A DNA stretch of 58,533 nt from Candidatus Firestonebacteria bacterium RIFOXYA2_FULL_40_8. GTDB lineage: Bacteria; Oederibacteriota; D2-FULL-39-29. Shown in pieces: positions 53,533-58,533 of the stretch. Every line of letters starts with the position of its first letter. Position 1 is the stretch's first letter. The stretch spans positions 1 to 58,533 of the forward strand of contig MFGS01000039.1 in assembly GCA_001778355.1 (NCBI GenBank), read 5' to 3'. A program made the translations under genes and the position numbers. The notes under the pieces were generated by a model. That model worked only from the letters and a program-made list of their open reading frames with translations, made no database searches and was not told where the DNA came from.

Positions 53533-55296
53533 TTGGCAACACCGCTTGAGAAATGGATAGAAGAGATAGCAGAGCTTACAAAACCCGAGAAAATCCACTG
53601 GTGTGACGGCTCGGAAAAAGAAGCCAGAGAACTGGTAAAAATCGGTATTGAAAAAGAAAAACTTAACGGAAACCCTATATTTTCCGAGTTAAACAAAACT
53701 ACCTATCCGGACAGTTATCTTCATAGAAGTCATCCTAACGATGTAGCCCGTACAGAAAACCTTACATTTGTATGTCATCCAAACAAAGAAATGGCGGGGC
53801 CTAATAATAACTGGATGGACCCGAAAGAAGCAAAAGCCAAGATGCTTGGTTTGTATGCAGGTTGTATGAAGGGGAAGACGATGTATGTAATGCCCTATAT
53901 GATGGGGCACCCGGATTCTCCTTATGCAAAGGCGTGTGTACAGGTTACGGACTCTGTTTATGTCGCGGTCTCGATGAGAATAATGACCCGCCTTGGCGGT
54001 AAAGTTGTAGAAAAGATAGGCAGCAGTGATAAATTTGTAAAAGGCGTGCATTCGGTCGGCGAACTTGATCCGAATAGAAGATATATTATGCACTTCCCTG
54101 ATGAGGGACTGGTAATGTCCTACGGTTCCGGCTACGGCGGGAATGCGCTTCTCGGGAAAAAATGTTTTTCCCTCCGCATTGCCTCGTATCTCGGACTTAA
54201 AGAGGGGTGGCTGGCGGAACATATGATAATTATGGGAATAACCGGTCCGGATAAAAAGACTTTTTATGTCGCGGCCGCGCTTCCTTCGGCTTGCGGTAAG
54301 ACTAACCTTGCAATGATGCAGCCGACTATACCCGGCTATACTATTACGACTCTGGGTGATGATATTGCATGGATGAATGTAGGCCCGGACGGACAGTTGT
54401 ATGCCATCAATCCCGAGTACGGATTCTTTGGCGTGGCTTCCGGTACTTCCATGAAGACCAATCCCAATATGATGAAGACGCTCCACGCTAACAAGTTTTA
54501 TCCGACGCTCTACACCAATGTAGGGCTTGATACGGATAAGAACGAACCGTGGTGGGAAGGAATGAGCGAAGCGCCGAAAAATGTAATTGACTGGCAGGGA
54601 AAGAAGTACGACGGCAAAGAAAAAGCCGCCCATGCTAACTCGAGATTTACCGTATCCATCAGAAATTGTGAAACTCTCTCGCCCGAGGAAGAAAATCCGA
54701 AGGGTGTACCGATATCAGCAATAATATTCGGAGGCAGAAGGAGTTCGCTCCTTCCTCTCGTTTACGAAAGTAAATCCTGGCAGCACGGAGTGTTCTCCGG
54801 CTCCATTATGGGTTCGGAAACCACCGCCGCCGCCGCGCATGCAGCAGGTGTTCTAAGGCGCGACCCGATGGCGATGCTTCCCTTCTGCGGCTACAATATG
54901 GGAGATTACTTCTTTCACTGGCTGGAAGTAGGCAAGAAGATGAAAAATGCCCCGAAGATATTCTTTGTTAACTGGTTTCGGACAAATGAAGAGGGCAAAT
55001 TCATGTGGCCCGGTTTCGGCGAAAACATCCGCGTAATGAAATGGATACTGGAAAGAGCTATCGGTAAAGGCAAAGCAAAAGAAACCCCTATCGGAAGCGT
55101 CCCCACAGTAGACGGTTTTGATATGACAGGACTTGATGTTTCCAAATCCGATATGGAAAAACTTTTCCGGGTAAATATAAAAGAATGGGGCGAAGAAATA
55201 AAATCCATAGAAGAACACTATAAAAAATTCGGCGCAACAATGCCGAAAGAGTTGCTGGCAGAGTATGAGAGTTTGGTGAAGGAATACGAGAAATAA
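53533..55296 (+). CDS. pckG: Phosphoenolpyruvate carboxykinase (GTP)
   Basis: GSGYGGNALLGKKCFSLRIAS, kinase-1a SACGKTNLAM, DDIAWM, and FGGRR. TTG start 9 nt after GGAGG. Confidence 0.95.
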   Translation: MATPLEKWIEEIAELTKPEKIHWCDGSEKEARELVKIGIEKEKLNGNPIFSELNKTTYPDSYLHRSHPNDVARTENLTFVCHPNKEMAGPNNNWMDPKEAKAKMLGLYAGCMKGKTMYVMPYMMGHPDSPYAKACVQVTDSVYVAVSMRIMTRLGGKVVEKIGSSDKFVKGVHSVGELDPNRRYIMHFPDEGLVMSYGSGYGGNALLGKKCFSLRIASYLGLKEGWLAEHMIIMGITGPDKKTFYVAAALPSACGKTNLAMMQPTIPGYTITTLGDDIAWMNVGPDGQLYAINPEYGFFGVASGTSMKTNPNMMKTLHANKFYPTLYTNVGLDTDKNEPWWEGMSEAPKNVIDWQGKKYDGKEKAAHANSRFTVSIRNCETLSPEEENPKGVPISAIIFGGRRSSLLPLVYESKSWQHGVFSGSIMGSETTAAAAHAAGVLRRDPMAMLPFCGYNMGDYFFHWLEVGKKMKNAPKIFFVNWFRTNEEGKFMWPGFGENIRVMKWILERAIGKGKAKETPIGSVPTVDGFDMTGLDVSKSDMEKLFRVNIKEWGEEIKSIEEHYKKFGATMPKELLAEYESLVKEYEK

Positions 55297-55368
55297 CAAG
55301 CTCGAAATTTAAAACTCGAAACTCGAAAAAACCAAAAAGAACAAAAAAAGCAAAAAAAGTGACAATTT

Positions 55369-55400
55369 GGGGACAGGCACGTGCCTGTCCCCTTTTTTTG
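55369..55400 (+). terminator. Intrinsic terminator of pckG
   Basis: Perfect 12-bp palindrome GGGGACAGGCAC/GTGCCTGTCCCC followed by TTTTTTT. Confidence 0.85.
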
Positions 55401-55408
55401 TTGTAAAT

Positions 55409-55471
55409 CGTAGTTGCCTGATTTTATCAGGCGCTCGCCTTCGCCGGAACGGCCTAAATCGAACAACTACG
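55409..55471 (+). repeat. Structured intergenic repeat CGTAGTTGCCTGATTTTATCAGGC..., copy 2
   Basis: Outer stem CGTAGTTG / CAACTACG encloses CCTGAT-TTT-ATCAGG. The 5-prime 24 nt match 8541-8564 apart from a 1-nt indel. Confidence 0.6.
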
Positions 55472-55568
55472 GTAAAAAACTTTGTTTTCCGGATGTGTTT
55501 GTGATAAAATAAAAATATATCAAGACTCAAGGGGGCAGGACAATGAAATTGTTTGAGGTTCCAGGTTT

Positions 55569-56372
55569 ATGAGATGCTTTAATATCTATTCTGATGAAAG
55601 TAGGCATAAAAATGAAAGATTTATGCTTTTAGGCGGGTTATGGGTTGATGAAGTAAATCTAAAAGTATTGGAAGACGAAGTGCAAAAACTTCGCAAGAAA
55701 AATGGTTTTGTAAATAATAATAGTAAACATGTTGACTTTGTTGGTGAGTTGAAATGGTGCAAGGTATCTCAAAAATACCTGCATGTATATGTAGAACTTG
55801 TTGACCTGGCGTTTGATTTGATATTTAGAGATATTATTAGAATAAATGTAATGTTGATAGATACCGGAAATTCGGCTGTTATTGAACACAGTAATATGAA
55901 AAAAGAAGGATTCTTTAAACTCCTTTATCAACTCTATTATCATAATTGCAAGATCCCCGGATATTACAAGATATATCCGGATAGCATTACTAATCCCGAG
56001 CAGGAGAAGGTTAACTTCGTTACTTTGGCAGGTTATTTAAATTCCGGATTAAAGAATAAATTTGCTTTACAGGTTAATCCTATAGAAGTTCCTTTTGGCG
56101 GAAGGTTTGTTAAAAGTATTACACCGGTCAATTCAAAGCTGAGTCAGGCTGTTCAAATAGTTGATGTTATGATCGGGGCCATTGGTTATTTTCAGAATCG
56201 CTTGTTTGAAGTACCAGGAGCAAGGCAGTCAAAGATAACCCTGATGAAACATATTTTTGAAAAGATTGTCTTATCCGGCGGGATAAAAATTGAGGGTAAA
56301 AAATATTTAGTTGCGAAGTCAACAAAGTTTAACATCTGGTTGTTTCGTCCAAATAAAAAGCCCCCTTGTTAA
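55569..56372 (+). CDS. DUF3800-family protein
   Basis: N-terminal FNIYSDESRH (the DES motif typical of DUF3800). 267 aa. Confidence 0.55.
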   Translation: MRCFNIYSDESRHKNERFMLLGGLWVDEVNLKVLEDEVQKLRKKNGFVNNNSKHVDFVGELKWCKVSQKYLHVYVELVDLAFDLIFRDIIRINVMLIDTGNSAVIEHSNMKKEGFFKLLYQLYYHNCKIPGYYKIYPDSITNPEQEKVNFVTLAGYLNSGLKNKFALQVNPIEVPFGGRFVKSITPVNSKLSQAVQIVDVMIGAIGYFQNRLFEVPGARQSKITLMKHIFEKIVLSGGIKIEGKKYLVAKSTKFNIWLFRPNKKPPC

Positions 56373-56384
56373 AGGAGGCTTTTT
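56360..56384 (+). terminator. Intrinsic terminator overlapping the DUF3800 stop codon
   Basis: GCCCCCTT-GTTA-AAGGAGGC with one mismatch, followed by TTTTT. The stop TAA overlaps the loop/stem junction. Confidence 0.6.
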
Positions 56385-56740
56385 AGAGTCCTGGGAGCTG
56401 GGTCAGTGCCCGGTGTGACATTAGTCACAGGATACGTCACCCAGTAACTCTAAGAAATTATATCAAATTATATATAGTAATGCAAATATATTTCAAAAGA
56501 ATAGAGCGTGTTATTCGTTATGTCGGCAAAATATAGTGAAATCCTAAGGTCACAATTTGTTTAATGTGGTCCAAAAGATCAGATTGTCGCGACGGTGTCA
56601 CGACAATTGGAAAACACAATAAGATTATCAAGTGCTTCGCTGTCGCTTGTTATGGTAGAATAAGTCAGATGCACGGAAGTACAGATGCTTAGATGGTTGG
56701 AAGGTCAGAGGTTTAGCAAAAACCGAAAAAAAGCAGTTTT

Positions 56741-56763
56741 TGAGGTCACAATTTGTGACCTCA
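56741..56763 (+). promoter_or_regulatory. Perfect inverted repeat TGAGGTCACA-ATT-TGTGACCTCA immediately upstream of the RBS of the 56777 gene
   Basis: 10-bp arms. The half-site AAGGTCACAATTTGT recurs at 56546-56560. Candidate operator or RNA hairpin that occludes the RBS. Confidence 0.5.
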
Positions 56764-56776
56764 AGTTGGAGAAAAG

Positions 56777-57265
56777 ATGGAAATAGATATTTTTACTAAA
56801 TTTGATATAAAAATGGATATAATGCGTATTGAAGAAATCTTATCCACAAAAATATTTGATATAGAAAATATGCATAATCCTTTTGTTAATTCTGCATTTA
56901 TTGAGATTCTTATCTTACTAAGAGACCTTATGGCTAAATGTGAGAAATATTCATCTAGGATATCTTTTAAAGATGATATAATTATTCAGTCGGATATATA
57001 TGATGTTACATGTTTAATAAAATATGTTAGAGATGCATTGTGCCATATTGATAGTGACAATCATTTGACAACCTCAGGTAGTAAAAACACTTTAAATAAA
57101 GGATATGGCAAAACACATATTGTAACTATTGGTAATATAAGAATTATGTCTGATTATGATGATGAAACTTGTTTTTGTTTTGGAGAGCAGAAAATATATT
57201 TTAAAAGGCATATCGTAAGAGCATTTGATGAGGCTAAACAAAAGTTATTTCCGTTAATATCGTAA
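56777..57265 (+). CDS. Hypothetical small protein with a HEPN-like Rx4H motif
   Basis: 162 aa, predicted mostly helical. The motif IKYVRDALCHID (R-x4-H) lies in the C-terminal half. No other recognisable family signature. Confidence 0.3.
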   Translation: MEIDIFTKFDIKMDIMRIEEILSTKIFDIENMHNPFVNSAFIEILILLRDLMAKCEKYSSRISFKDDIIIQSDIYDVTCLIKYVRDALCHIDSDNHLTTSGSKNTLNKGYGKTHIVTIGNIRIMSDYDDETCFCFGEQKIYFKRHIVRAFDEAKQKLFPLIS

Positions 57266-57302
57266 GAGATCTAGTTTTATACATATAAAATTGTGTTTTT
57301 AA

Positions 57303-58481
<1,179 letters not shown>

Positions 58482-58533
58482 AGCAAGTGCAGAAAGCGCA
58501 GTAGAAGAAGTAAAGGAAGTAAAAAAGGTTTGT

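Noticed and set aside
53689-54633. 314-aa antisense ORF inside pckG, with similar antisense ORFs at 23242..23850, 27441..27944, 45705..46184 and 54853..55299
   Set aside because: Each is fully embedded opposite a strongly supported gene. Their composition (R/H/F-rich or S/L-rich) is typical of shadow frames.

Overview
AT-rich bacterial fragment using the standard code (TAA, TAG and TGA all act as stops), with almost all genes on the + strand. No taxon can be assigned from the sequence alone.

Layout:
- 0-1.8 kb: a 5-prime-truncated glycoside-hydrolase-like gene.
- 2.1-31.6 kb: one very large surface-glycan locus. It holds a Wza/SLBB exporter, Wzz, a Wzx flippase, a Wzy-like polymerase, five glycosyltransferases, four SAM methyltransferases, a B12-binding radical SAM enzyme and several nucleotide-sugar epimerases/dehydrogenases. 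It also holds a complete GDP-D-glycero-alpha-D-manno-heptose branch (GmhA, GmhB, HddA, HddC) with its own transaldolase and four tailoring oxidoreductases. A solo DUF4143 AAA ATPase gene interrupts the locus at 5.0-6.3 kb.
- 31.6-39.3 kb: a repeat-bounded accessory island lying between the glycan locus and its initiating phosphoglycosyl transferase (39.3-40.0 kb, minus strand). It carries a second DUF4143 ATPase, a DUF1016/YhcG PD-(D/E)XK nuclease, an AlbA_2 (Schlafen-type) ATP-binding regulator, an ORF6N/KilA-N protein, a small membrane protein and VapBC.
- 40.3-46.3 kb: metallophosphoesterase, AbiEi/AbiEii, a pore-less secretin-N-domain protein, a GH13 enzyme and a pentapeptide-repeat protein.
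- 46.6-51.6 kb: a giant delta-60-repeat surface protein with a T9SS type-B-like C-terminal domain, a PorV-like barrel fused to a CsgG/LpoB-like domain, and a LolA-like protein.
- 51.9 kb: tRNA-Glu(CUC).
- 52.0-55.3 kb: MpsC/DUF2294, gamma-carbonic anhydrase and GTP-dependent PEPCK.
- 55.5-58.5 kb: DUF3800, a small HEPN-like protein and tgt.

Most unusual signals, all read directly from the DNA:
- Nested direct repeats show that the island was built by insertions into gene 3-prime ends, yet it contains no integrase.
- Two unrelated minus-strand genes share the same 5-prime and 3-prime flanks.
- A GC-richer ORF-free segment of about 440 nt precedes the second ATPase gene.
- A strand-biased family of purine-rich tracts also sits in-frame inside genes.
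- Several families of short GC-rich hairpin repeats occur in intergenic DNA.

No CRISPR array, rRNA, transposase or integrase was seen.
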